From positions 2,790,001 to 2,822,000 of the forward strand of contig NZ_CP195536.1 in the NCBI RefSeq assembly GCF_051307035.1: a stretch of DNA of 32,000 bases. Reading direction: 5' to 3'. Under the pieces are notes generated by a model. That model had not been told where the DNA came from. It did no database searches and saw only the letters and a program-made list of their open reading frames with translations. Every line of letters begins with the position of its first letter. Position 1 is the stretch's first letter. This stretch comes from Psychrobacter sp. DM4 (GTDB lineage: Bacteria > Pseudomonadota > Gammaproteobacteria > Pseudomonadales > Moraxellaceae). Below, piece after piece: positions 8,169 through 16,418 of this stretch. The position numbers and the translations under genes are program-made.

Positions 8169-8289
8169 TAACCATCCTTTTTGTTCTAAAAATATATCCA
8201 CATATTTAGAAAATTATTATCTCCATTGTGTCAATCTGATCTTTCAATAGATGTCACTACCATTAGAGTATTAGCATTGACAAAACTCC

Positions 8290-8481
8290 CTACCGCAACG
8301 CTTCACATGCAATCCCATCCTTGTCACGGTCTAAGCGCGTATATCCTGCTTTTTTTGCATTAAAATAAGCCTGAGCTTCCGCTTGGCTACCAAAGTCAGC
8401 ACATACCACTCCTCCTGCATTGGCAGGGACAGCAGTAAGTAATATGATAGACGAGACGGCACAAACAATAATATTTTTCAT
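8290..8481 (-). CDS. Secreted Excalibur calcium-binding-domain protein
   Basis: Signal peptide MKNIIVCAVSSIILLTAVPANA, followed by the Excalibur-type DRDKDGIACE motif. Confidence 0.75.
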   Translation of the reverse strand: MKNIIVCAVSSIILLTAVPANAGGVVCADFGSQAEAQAYFNAKKAGYTRLDRDKDGIACEALR

Positions 8482-8582
8482 AACTTAGTCCTTTAAGATT
8501 AACGGGTTTTTAAATTGTACCCTTACTGTCAAACCAGATCACAGCGTATACTCTAAACAACTACCTAATAATGGCTTTTACT

Positions 8583-8987
8583 TTAGACACCATTATCAAG
8601 CCTATCTTGATACTCATCACACACCCTCAAACCCGCTTTAATGACCTCACTAAGATCAGCGCCCTCTTTAACACTGTAGGGCACGTTTGGGCTCATATTG
8701 GCTTGATTTAGAGCATCCACAGCTGACTTATTGAGCGGTGTGCCGATATACGACTCATCGGTAAAACCTTTAGGTTCAAAGTACACTTCACGCCCAAACT
8801 TTGGATGAGAACCACATGAGATCTCACCATAGGGGACAGTGAACGGATAAGGTGTTGCGTACTCAGTGGCCCACAATACCTCGTTCACAACAATGTAACC
8901 TGCACCGTAGTATTCATCGTATTCTGGTTCGACAGGCGTACAGGCTGTTATCAACAATAAGGTAAGGCCTACTATTAATTTACTCAT
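8583..8987 (-). CDS. Lipoprotein, DUF2511/YebY-like (tentative)
   Basis: Lipobox LITAC. YPFTVPYGEISCGSHPKFGREVYFEP...YIGTPLNKSA resembles the WPFT..G.L.C....V.F...Y.LN..A pattern. Its ATG overlaps the stop of the upstream 562-aa ORF. Confidence 0.55.
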   Translation of the reverse strand: MSKLIVGLTLLLITACTPVEPEYDEYYGAGYIVVNEVLWATEYATPYPFTVPYGEISCGSHPKFGREVYFEPKGFTDESYIGTPLNKSAVDALNQANMSPNVPYSVKEGADLSEVIKAGLRVCDEYQDRLDNGV

Positions 8988-10668
8988 CTGAAATCTCCTT
9001 TTTCAGATTATCTATAGCCGTTTTAACCCAATTAACATCCTCACCGTTAGTGTGTTTAAAGTATTGGATGATGCCAAATTTAGATATTGCGCTTACATCA
9101 GACAGACGACCATTACCTCTAAATAACTGACTTATAACTTGTCTTACAACTCCTTCTGTAAAACCATCTTGATCTGTTACTTTTATAACAAGACCGCTAG
9201 TTTGACTGCCTTTTTTCTTGCAATCAAATAGATAAAAAAGTCCAAGATTAGTAATCAGGCGCATGACGAATATCACCTCTACACTAAGATCACGTTGTCT
9301 ACTGCGCATACCACGCACCGTCTCGCCTATAAATATATTTTCACCAGCAAGGTTTACGCAGTCTATGACTACGGGAGCATAACCCAAAGTGACCTTAAGG
9401 TCTTGAGCATAGCGTAAAAGACGTTCAAAGTTATTCTGTAGGGAGGTGGCTGCATCACTATCCAATACTGTTTGTATCCTGCCAATGTCGCCATTAGAAT
9501 TACCGCCCTCCCCATCTGCAAAAGCGTCAGGCTCGTTTTGAGGCAACCGTATGACCGTATTGCATCTACCTACAACCTCGTCCAAGGTTAAATTCTCGCC
9601 CTTTATAATCGCCCGTATAGTGCCTATCTGTTCTACTCTGTGTCTGATTACAGCAGTAATTATATTATTAGCGTCCCTTTCGACCTCTAGTAAGACCTCA
9701 TCAGACTCAACGGTGTTGTAGAGGGGTTTAATTCTTGATGTATGAGGGGTGGTACCATCGCTGTATGTGGCAGAATTAAGTTTGTCTATCCTATATTCTA
9801 TTGCATCTCCCTGCGGCATAGAGATACCTAAAATTTCGGTACAAAGCACGGTCTGCTCATCAATTCTCAAACCTGCTACTTTTAGTTGGATTTCTTGCTT
9901 GTGATAAGGTTCGGCTCTTAAGGGAAGATAAGTTATGTTATTCCTAAGCATTTTCCTATTGAGCTCCCAAACCACTTTTTTGGTATGGGAGTCTGTTTTT
10001 AGGTGGTATAGGAATACAGCATCGGCAATTACGCATCGATCAGGAATAGTGATTAGATCACCACAATCATCATTTATATTTAACCTCTTTTCGACTTCCT
10101 GCTTATGCCAACTAATAAGGACTGTATTGATCTCTTTTGATACCCCATAGTGTGCAACAAAAAATAAAACCGCTGGGATGATTATTCTAGTGGTATCAGT
10201 CTGTACAACGAGATTGCTATTGGAGTCTGTCTTGATTTTATTAACTGGATAACTAGCAGGCTCAAGAATATACTCACCCTTATTCTTTGAGATACTAAAG
10301 TGGTTAGTATAGGTAAGGTTTGGGCGCTCGTATTTCTTATCGTCATACGCATCTAATGTGGTATATAAAGTCTCAAATTCGTACTTTTCTTCGCACTTCC
10401 CGTTGACCCAAATCGATCCTATGGGTAACTTTAGTATTGATTTGATTGATACTTCAACTACAACCTGATCTTTAGTATCAGAGTCTAAAAAATGTACTTG
10501 AACGACCCTACGTCTATTACGATAGCGTATTGGCCCATACCACAGTACGACATATTCAGTCTTTGGCTTATAACTATCCCTCAAACATGCCTTAAAGTAT
10601 TTTCGGATATCCACCATACCCATGCACTTAACTTTTTTGCCGTTATTTTCAAATAATGCATCAAACAT
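8980..10668 (-). CDS. Orphan 562-aa protein, the first gene inside the transposon end. Function unknown.
   Basis: Long ORF with a GGGGGTGAG Shine-Dalgarno-like sequence just upstream of the ATG at 10668, 137 nt from the element terminus. I found no recognisable catalytic motif. Confidence 0.65.
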   Translation of the reverse strand: MFDALFENNGKKVKCMGMVDIRKYFKACLRDSYKPKTEYVVLWYGPIRYRNRRRVVQVHFLDSDTKDQVVVEVSIKSILKLPIGSIWVNGKCEEKYEFETLYTTLDAYDDKKYERPNLTYTNHFSISKNKGEYILEPASYPVNKIKTDSNSNLVVQTDTTRIIIPAVLFFVAHYGVSKEINTVLISWHKQEVEKRLNINDDCGDLITIPDRCVIADAVFLYHLKTDSHTKKVVWELNRKMLRNNITYLPLRAEPYHKQEIQLKVAGLRIDEQTVLCTEILGISMPQGDAIEYRIDKLNSATYSDGTTPHTSRIKPLYNTVESDEVLLEVERDANNIITAVIRHRVEQIGTIRAIIKGENLTLDEVVGRCNTVIRLPQNEPDAFADGEGGNSNGDIGRIQTVLDSDAATSLQNNFERLLRYAQDLKVTLGYAPVVIDCVNLAGENIFIGETVRGMRSRQRDLSVEVIFVMRLITNLGLFYLFDCKKKGSQTSGLVIKVTDQDGFTEGVVRQVISQLFRGNGRLSDVSAISKFGIIQYFKHTNGEDVNWVKTAIDNLKKEISDE

Positions 10669-10753
10669 AACTCACCCCCAGCAGGCTTAATCTAGGTAGC
10701 GAGTTAGCTATTTTTTTGAGAGGTATTTTGAGCGAACAAAGAGAGGTAAAGAT

Positions 10754-10804
10754 GTGTTTTTGACATCTATTCTTGGAATTTGACATTAATTGTTGGAATT
10801 GACA
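10754..10804 (-). repeat. Transposon terminal region with three direct transposase-binding-type repeats
   Basis: Reverse complement reads TGTCAATTCCAAcaattaaTGTCAAATTCCAAgaatagaTGTCAAAAACAC. The sites are 10793-10804, 10773-10785 and 10754-10765. The terminal 5'-TGT/ACA-3' is as in Tn7/Tn5053/Mu-type DDE elements. Confidence 0.6.
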
Positions 10805-11701
10805 GCCGCCACCAACCAAAGCTACTGCTGATATTGTGTGATGAACTTGTCTGAAGGGACGCGTGCCATAATCATATTCACTATCTGCAACCGAATAGGT
10901 GCTAGCAACCTCTAGCGCATCCTCAGCGCTAAGATCAGGCAGGATAGTCGGTAGACGTGATGCCATCAAGGTCTTGCCTGATCCTGGCGGTCCTGTAAAC
11001 AATAATGAATGCCCACCAGCAGCAGCAATCTCAAGTGCACGGCGCGCATGATGCTGACCCTTTACATCGGCCAGATCAACCTTGTAGCCTGTGTGTTTGG
11101 GCGCAGGCGTCGGCGTGACTATCGCAAGCTGTTTGTCCGTCATGGATGGATCTGTTAGCGCTTGCAAGTGATCGCAAACCGCTTTTAGACTATCTGCACT
11201 AAGTACCTCTATACCCTCAACTCGGCTGGCTTCAGCGCCATTATCACTAGGTACGATCAGCTGACGCGTCTGCGCTAGGGGATCCTTTATATTGGATTGC
11301 TCTGCCTTTATCGCTCGGGCGACAGCGAGGCTCCCTGTCACTTGACGCAGCTCACCGTTTAGTGCCAGCTCTCCAATAAACTCAAAACGAGTCAGTACTT
11401 CTGGCTCAAGCTGACCACTTGCGGCCAAAATACCAATGGCAATAGGTAGATCTAAACGCGCGCCGTCTTTGGGTAGATCCGCTGGCGCAAGATTGATGGT
11501 CAAGCGTCTATTGGGAAACTGAAATCCTGAATTTAATATAGCCGAGCGCACTCGATCTTTGCTTTCTCGTACCGCTGCAGCAGGCAGACCAACGATAGTC
11601 AGAGCAGGTAGACCTTGAGAGAGATGTACTTCGATAATAACTTGCGGAGCGTGTAGACCTACCACGGAGCGGGTATAGACTTGCGCGAACGACATGGACA
11701 T
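10805..11701 (-). pseudogene. comM: comM/yifB (Mg-chelatase-like competence protein), 5' fragment truncated after about codon 299
   Basis: The N-terminal Lon-like domain and Walker A GPPGSGKT are present. Homology ends at ...FRQVHHTISAVALVGGG (compare E. coli YifB FRAPHHSASLTAMVGGG). The remaining 47 codons of the track ORF are read from the transposon end. Confidence 0.85.
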
Positions 11702-12014
11702 TTCCTTATACGAGGATTCATTGATGATAGAGTATTATCTACTGACGCGCAAATGTCGTGTATTTCTATTTAAAAAACACAATCTTATTTCAGGATATCA
11801 GTTTCTAACTAAATTACATCCAAATATTAGAATATATGTGCGACAGGTTAGCTCACATAGTGAATTTAATAACAATAGTGTCGAAAATTGTTATATCATT
11901 AGTGTGCAGTTGTACACTAATAGTATTAAAAAAAGGATTTTTTAAGACTTAAATATAGTGAGAATCTTTCTTATTTTTTTGAGTCGTCACTATTAACCAT
12001 GGATGGTAAGAATT

Positions 12015-14516
12015 ATGAACAGACTAATACTCAATCGACGAGCGCCAAAATTAGCATTATTGACAGTGGTAGTCTCTATGGGACTAATCAGCTGTTCAGA
12101 TAGTAACAATGGCTTTAGTAATGAAGTAACGTCCCCTGAAGTAACGCCTCCTGAATTTGCTGCCAACATCCAGCGTACTGAGTTTGGTATCCCTCACATC
12201 ACAGCCGATAACTATAAAGGTCTCGGTTACGGTGTCGGTTATGCATTCGCAGAGGATAACTTCTGCTCTCTAGCACATGAAGTTGTTGTCGCTAGCGGTC
12301 AAAGTATGCTGTTTTTAGGCGATAACGGTAATATAGCAAGTGATGTCTTTTATACGTGGTATAACTCTTCTGAAAGAAAAGCTGAGTTTTTAGCTGCCCA
12401 AGATCCTGAAACTGTTGATGCGTTGACAGGCTATGCGGCAGGCTTTAGTCGTTACCTACGTGATAAAGGTGCGGCCAATATTGATCCTGCTTGTGCTAAT
12501 GCTGAATGGGTACGTGAGGTCACTCTCGATGATTTATTGACGGTCTATGGCAAAGGAAATCTACGTGGTGGTCTTTCAAACTTTGTTGGACCAATTGTAG
12601 CAGCGGCTCCTCCTGTAACTACCGCACCTGTCACTAGAAGTAGTTCAAGAGCGCGTAGTATTGAACCTGTTGATCCCGTTGTAGAATCAGCGCCCAAATT
12701 TAATATGGACACTATCAATGCGATGAAAGGTGGTAGTAATGCCTATGCGTTTGGTAGTGAAGTAACAGGTACTGAAAGTGGTGTTATGTATGGCAATCCG
12801 CACGAACCATGGAATGGCGTTCAGCGCTTTTATGAGTTTCATACCACGATACCAGGTGAGCTTGATGTGATGGGTTCGGCTCAGCAAGGACAACCTTTTA
12901 TTAATATTGGTTTTAATAAAGACGTTGCCTGGAGTCATACCGTATCGACTGCCAAACGCTTCACGCTATATCAGCTCAGTCTAGTCGATGGTAACCCTCT
13001 AAAATACAACTATCGCAACAGCGCAGGCGTAGTTGAGCAACGCGATATCGAGACCGTTCCTGTCACGGTTCAGATGCCAGATGGCCAAACAGCCATATCT
13101 CGCAACATCTATGTCTCACAATATGGACCGATGCTAAACGTCAACTTACTTAACGGTCAACTACCCAATTGGGGTGATGCGAGTACTGGCAACCTCGCTT
13201 ATACCATTCGTGATGCCGCCTCCGAAAACCCACGCGCGATCAATCAGTGGCGTAGTATGAATATGGCCACCAGTGTTGAAGACTTGGTCGATAGAATGCA
13301 GACTATTTTAGGTTTGGGGTTTATCAATACAATTGCGACAGATCGTAACGGCAAAGCGCTTTATGCTGATATCTCAACCGTACCCAATGTGACCAAAGAA
13401 AAGCTAGAAGCTTGTAGTAGTGCTGCATCTGGTCCTTTTCTTGGTGCGTTACTTGCATCAGACTTACCTGCACTCAACGGTAGTACCGCTGCTTGCGAGT
13501 GGGGCAACGATGCAGACTCGCCACAAGCAGGTATTTTTGGTGGCTCAAACCTACCTTTCATAATACGTGATGATTATGTTGCCAACTCCAATGATAGCTA
13601 TTGGCTTAGTAACGCAGAACAACCAATGACTGGATTTTCACCACTACTACGTCGTCGTTTAACGCCATTCTTAGGGCCCAATCCTGTAGATGGTGTACCA
13701 CTACTTGTACGCTCACGTATGGGACTGGTTCAGATACAAGATCGTCTAAGTAATGAAGATGGTTTGGGTGGTACTACTTTTAATTTGAACAATATGCAGG
13801 AAGTGGTCTACGGTAACCGCAGTTATGTGGCTGAGCTTGTACTTGATGATGTCCTAGCAGATTGTAGAGCTAATCCTACATTGCCTTTAACTGGCGGCAG
13901 CACTATTGATGCCACTACTGCTTGTAATGTCTTAAGTAACTGGGATCGTCGTAATAACTTAGATAGCAAAGGCGCTCATGTCTTTAGAAAGTTTTGGACC
14001 AATATTGGCTTTCAAGAGACGACTGACACCCTATTTAGTACTAAATTCGATGTCAATAACCCTATCGATACTCCGCGTGACCTGATTATTAATAATAATT
14101 CGCGTACCGCTTTAGGTGATTCTATTAAGTATTACAATGATAAAAACATCGCGCTTGACGCTACATTGGGCAGCTTACAGTATGTAATCGATGCTAGCAA
14201 AAACGACGAAAAAATTCCTATGCATGGTGGCTTTGGTAGTGAAGGTGTCTTCAACGTTGCAACCTCTAATCAAAATAGTGATGGCACTTATGGTCCCGTA
14301 AGAAACGGTCCAACATACATGCAAACGGTTACCTTTGATAATAATGGTCCAGTTGTAGAGGCGCTATTGGCTTACTCGCAAGCGGGTGATACGACACGTC
14401 CGTTCCATCGTGATCAAACCCGTCGTTATTCCGATAAAAATTGGATCCGCCTACCCTTTAGCGCTAGTGAAATCTCCAATCAATCGATAGGTGACAAAGT
14501 AGAGTTAAGAGAGTAA
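12015..14516 (+). CDS. Penicillin/aculeacin/AHL-acylase family Ntn-hydrolase, a lipoprotein
   Basis: Lipobox LISC. The GGSNAYAFG nucleophile-Ser junction is typical of this family, and the length of about 830 aa fits. Start is ATG 12015 (12003 possible). Confidence 0.85.
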   Translation: MNRLILNRRAPKLALLTVVVSMGLISCSDSNNGFSNEVTSPEVTPPEFAANIQRTEFGIPHITADNYKGLGYGVGYAFAEDNFCSLAHEVVVASGQSMLFLGDNGNIASDVFYTWYNSSERKAEFLAAQDPETVDALTGYAAGFSRYLRDKGAANIDPACANAEWVREVTLDDLLTVYGKGNLRGGLSNFVGPIVAAAPPVTTAPVTRSSSRARSIEPVDPVVESAPKFNMDTINAMKGGSNAYAFGSEVTGTESGVMYGNPHEPWNGVQRFYEFHTTIPGELDVMGSAQQGQPFINIGFNKDVAWSHTVSTAKRFTLYQLSLVDGNPLKYNYRNSAGVVEQRDIETVPVTVQMPDGQTAISRNIYVSQYGPMLNVNLLNGQLPNWGDASTGNLAYTIRDAASENPRAINQWRSMNMATSVEDLVDRMQTILGLGFINTIATDRNGKALYADISTVPNVTKEKLEACSSAASGPFLGALLASDLPALNGSTAACEWGNDADSPQAGIFGGSNLPFIIRDDYVANSNDSYWLSNAEQPMTGFSPLLRRRLTPFLGPNPVDGVPLLVRSRMGLVQIQDRLSNEDGLGGTTFNLNNMQEVVYGNRSYVAELVLDDVLADCRANPTLPLTGGSTIDATTACNVLSNWDRRNNLDSKGAHVFRKFWTNIGFQETTDTLFSTKFDVNNPIDTPRDLIINNNSRTALGDSIKYYNDKNIALDATLGSLQYVIDASKNDEKIPMHGGFGSEGVFNVATSNQNSDGTYGPVRNGPTYMQTVTFDNNGPVVEALLAYSQAGDTTRPFHRDQTRRYSDKNWIRLPFSASEISNQSIGDKVELRE

Positions 14517-14552
14517 GTATATCAGCCCTTCCAAAGGTTTAATTATTGTTAC

Positions 14553-14587
14553 AAAAGACCTTAGATCATTCTAAGGTCTTTTTTATT
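14553..14587 (+). terminator. Rho-independent terminator after the acylase gene
   Basis: AAAAGACCTTAG-atcatt-CTAAGGTCTTTT followed by a T-run. Confidence 0.7.
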
Positions 14588-14767
14588 TATAAACACAAAT
14601 ACCTACAGCTAAGCGCAGTCGATCATCCTATTGCAAGCGAGGATTTGCTATACTATTCCCTACAAATTGAGTCCCTACTATCGCTAAAAGACGCTGATAA
14701 TCTATCTATATCTACTTGTAGTCAAAGTTGCTCTAGCAATAAAAACAGCGTTATAAAGGAGCGCCGC

Positions 14768-16324
14768 ATGACAGAGCATTCACGTACTTCCAATTCCTCT
14801 AACCACCCGCAGCAGCCCTATAACTCTGTCAATGAGCCGCCAACGACCGTGCGTCCAGTCACGCAACCTGACAACCCTTATGCCAGCACTCGCGGCAGTA
14901 TCACAAGCAAGCAGCTACCTGCTTTTGATGACTCGATGATCCAAAAATACAATCGCTTAGGTCCTCGCTATACCTCATATCCAACCGCACTTGAGTTCTC
15001 ATCTATATCTGACAATTTAGAATACCAGATACTACAAAAGCGTGAAGCGCGTGCGCCGTTATCGCTATACTTTCATATTCCCTTTTGTCGCCATCTTTGT
15101 TACTACTGCGCGTGCAACAAAATCATTACCGAGAAAAACAGTGACGCAAAGGACTACTTAGACTACCTTTTTGCTGAAATCAGACAAAAGCGCCGCTTAT
15201 TAAGCGCACCAGAAGGCAGCAGCAAACCACTAGTCAAACAATTGCATCTTGGCGGTGGTACGCCAACGTTTTTGTCTGATAAAGAGCTGGTACAGTTATG
15301 GGAATTTTTGCAGACGCAGTTTGAGTTTTTGCCGGAGGATCAGGGGGATTACTCGATCGAAATTGATCCACGCGAGTTGGGTGATGACACTCTAAAGACA
15401 CTACGTCAGCTTGGTTTTAATCGGATTAGTTTAGGGGTGCAGGACTTGGAGGATGCGGTACAGATCGCGGTCAATCGCGTTCATTCAGCAGAGCTTATCG
15501 CTACTATTTTGAATAAGGCACGTGATCTTGGGTTTCACTCTATCAATATCGATCTGATCTATGGTCTACCGCAGCAAACCTCTGAGACACTAGATAAAAC
15601 AGTCACGCGTATTATAGAGATGTCGCCCGATCGTTTATCAGTATTCAATTATGCTCATCTACCAGAGCGCTTTAAAGCGCAGCGTCAGATCAAGGATGAG
15701 GATCTCCCAAGTCCTAGCGACAAGCTCACTATGCTTGGCAATGCCGTTAATACGCTCACCGAGGCAGGCTATCAGTATATCGGTATCGATCACTTTGCTA
15801 AGCCTGATGATGAGCTTGCCATAGCGCAGCGCGCGGGCAAACTACACCGCAACTTTCAGGGTTACACCATCATGGGAGACTGCGACTTATTAGGCTTTGG
15901 CGTCTCTGCTATTAGTCAGATTGCCAACAGCAATACGCGCTATATCTTACAAAACGATACCGATTTGCAAGCCTACCAAGACCGTATCAATAAAATGCGT
16001 CACCATCCAACTGTCATGCCAGCGGTCAAAGCTATCAAAACTTCACTCAAAGACCGTCTACGTGAATATGTGATAATGAACCTGCTCTGTCATGACTACA
16101 TCGACTTTAAAGACGTCAATCAAAAATTTGGCATCGATGCGGTGACATATTTTATTGATGAGATCGGCCAGTTGGATGCTATGCAACAGGATAGACTCAT
16201 CGACATGGATGCCGCTGGTATTCGCGTCCTGCCTAGAGGTCGCTTGCTGGGTCGCAATGTGGCCATGGTGTTTGATGAGTATCTAAGCACAAAGCACAAA
16301 GATTGCTTTTCTAAAGCGATCTAA
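14768..16324 (+). CDS. hemN: Oxygen-independent coproporphyrinogen III oxidase (radical SAM)
   Basis: Near-collinear with E. coli HemN (IQKYN..GPRYTSYPTALEF, radical-SAM CRHLCYYCAC, GGGTPT, SVFNYAHLP). ATG 14768 has an AAGGAG sequence upstream. The track extension to 14546 overlaps the terminator. Confidence 0.92.
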   Translation: MTEHSRTSNSSNHPQQPYNSVNEPPTTVRPVTQPDNPYASTRGSITSKQLPAFDDSMIQKYNRLGPRYTSYPTALEFSSISDNLEYQILQKREARAPLSLYFHIPFCRHLCYYCACNKIITEKNSDAKDYLDYLFAEIRQKRRLLSAPEGSSKPLVKQLHLGGGTPTFLSDKELVQLWEFLQTQFEFLPEDQGDYSIEIDPRELGDDTLKTLRQLGFNRISLGVQDLEDAVQIAVNRVHSAELIATILNKARDLGFHSINIDLIYGLPQQTSETLDKTVTRIIEMSPDRLSVFNYAHLPERFKAQRQIKDEDLPSPSDKLTMLGNAVNTLTEAGYQYIGIDHFAKPDDELAIAQRAGKLHRNFQGYTIMGDCDLLGFGVSAISQIANSNTRYILQNDTDLQAYQDRINKMRHHPTVMPAVKAIKTSLKDRLREYVIMNLLCHDYIDFKDVNQKFGIDAVTYFIDEIGQLDAMQQDRLIDMDAAGIRVLPRGRLLGRNVAMVFDEYLSTKHKDCFSKAI

Positions 16325-16344
16325 ACCACTTGACGATCAGCTAT

Positions 16345-16372
16345 AAAAAAGACCTTACGTGAGGTCTTTTTT
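16345..16372. terminator. Bidirectional intrinsic terminator between hemN and the SPFH gene
   Basis: AAAAAAGACCT-tacgtg-AGGTCTTTTTT, with A/T runs on both sides. Confidence 0.7.
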
Positions 16373-16418
16373 GCTTAGAGTTGTTATCTAGTTTGTCTGA
16401 GAACCATTGTATCTACTA

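Larger units (their letters stand above)
1..10804. mobile_element. Right-hand part of a genomic island / Tn7-superfamily-like transposon inserted in comM. The left boundary lies outside the window.
   Basis: The comM frame loses homology exactly at 10804/10805. Read inward, the island side starts TGTCAATTCCAA..., with three TGTCAA-type repeats at about 20-bp spacing. All genes in 177-10668 are accessory-type. Positions 1-8200 are visibly much more AT-rich than 10805-32000. Confidence 0.6.

Noticed and set aside
4279-8201. The combination of a PLD nuclease and a methyltransferase as a DISARM or BREX system.
   Set aside because: No DrmA helicase, DUF1998, PglZ, BrxC or BrxL genes are in the window. 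The only BREX/MmeI-like piece is a dead remnant. A Type IIS-like R-M module is the simpler reading.
8527-8540. TGTCAAACCAGATC between the lipoprotein and Excalibur genes as another transposase-binding site.
   Set aside because: It is a single TGTCAA hexamer with loose similarity. Hexamers of this kind are expected more than 10 times by chance in 32 kb, and there is no adjacent repeat.
8980-10668. The idea that the 562-aa protein is TnsE-like or TnsA-like.
   Set aside because: I see only vague resemblances, such as HFLDSD...VEVSIK versus a PD-(D/E)xK motif and a C-terminal FYLFDC...SGLVIKV stretch. Its orientation (first gene reading inward) does not fit tnsE. I cannot align it reliably from memory, so it is left as unknown pending an HMM search.
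11898-11921. The inverted repeat ATTAGTGT-N8-ACACTAAT upstream of the acylase gene.
   Set aside because: It is an isolated 8-bp palindrome with no adjoining T-run and no second copy. It could be an operator, but nothing in the sequence supports a specific call.
11694-11945. An 83-aa + strand ORF in the comM-acylase intergenic region, and likewise the 61-aa ORF at 22078-22263.
   Set aside because: Both lie in AT-rich promoter regions, have no Shine-Dalgarno sequence and show atypical composition. They are most likely non-coding.
14546-14767. N-terminal extension of the hemN ORF in the track, plus similar extensions of the desaturase (27666-27779), the OM protein (18769-18801), the PLD nuclease (8169-8201) and the acylase (12003-12014).
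   Set aside because: The hemN extension overlaps the acylase terminator hairpin. In each case an internal ATG has a good AAGGAG-type Shine-Dalgarno sequence and the homologous or signal-peptide region begins there.
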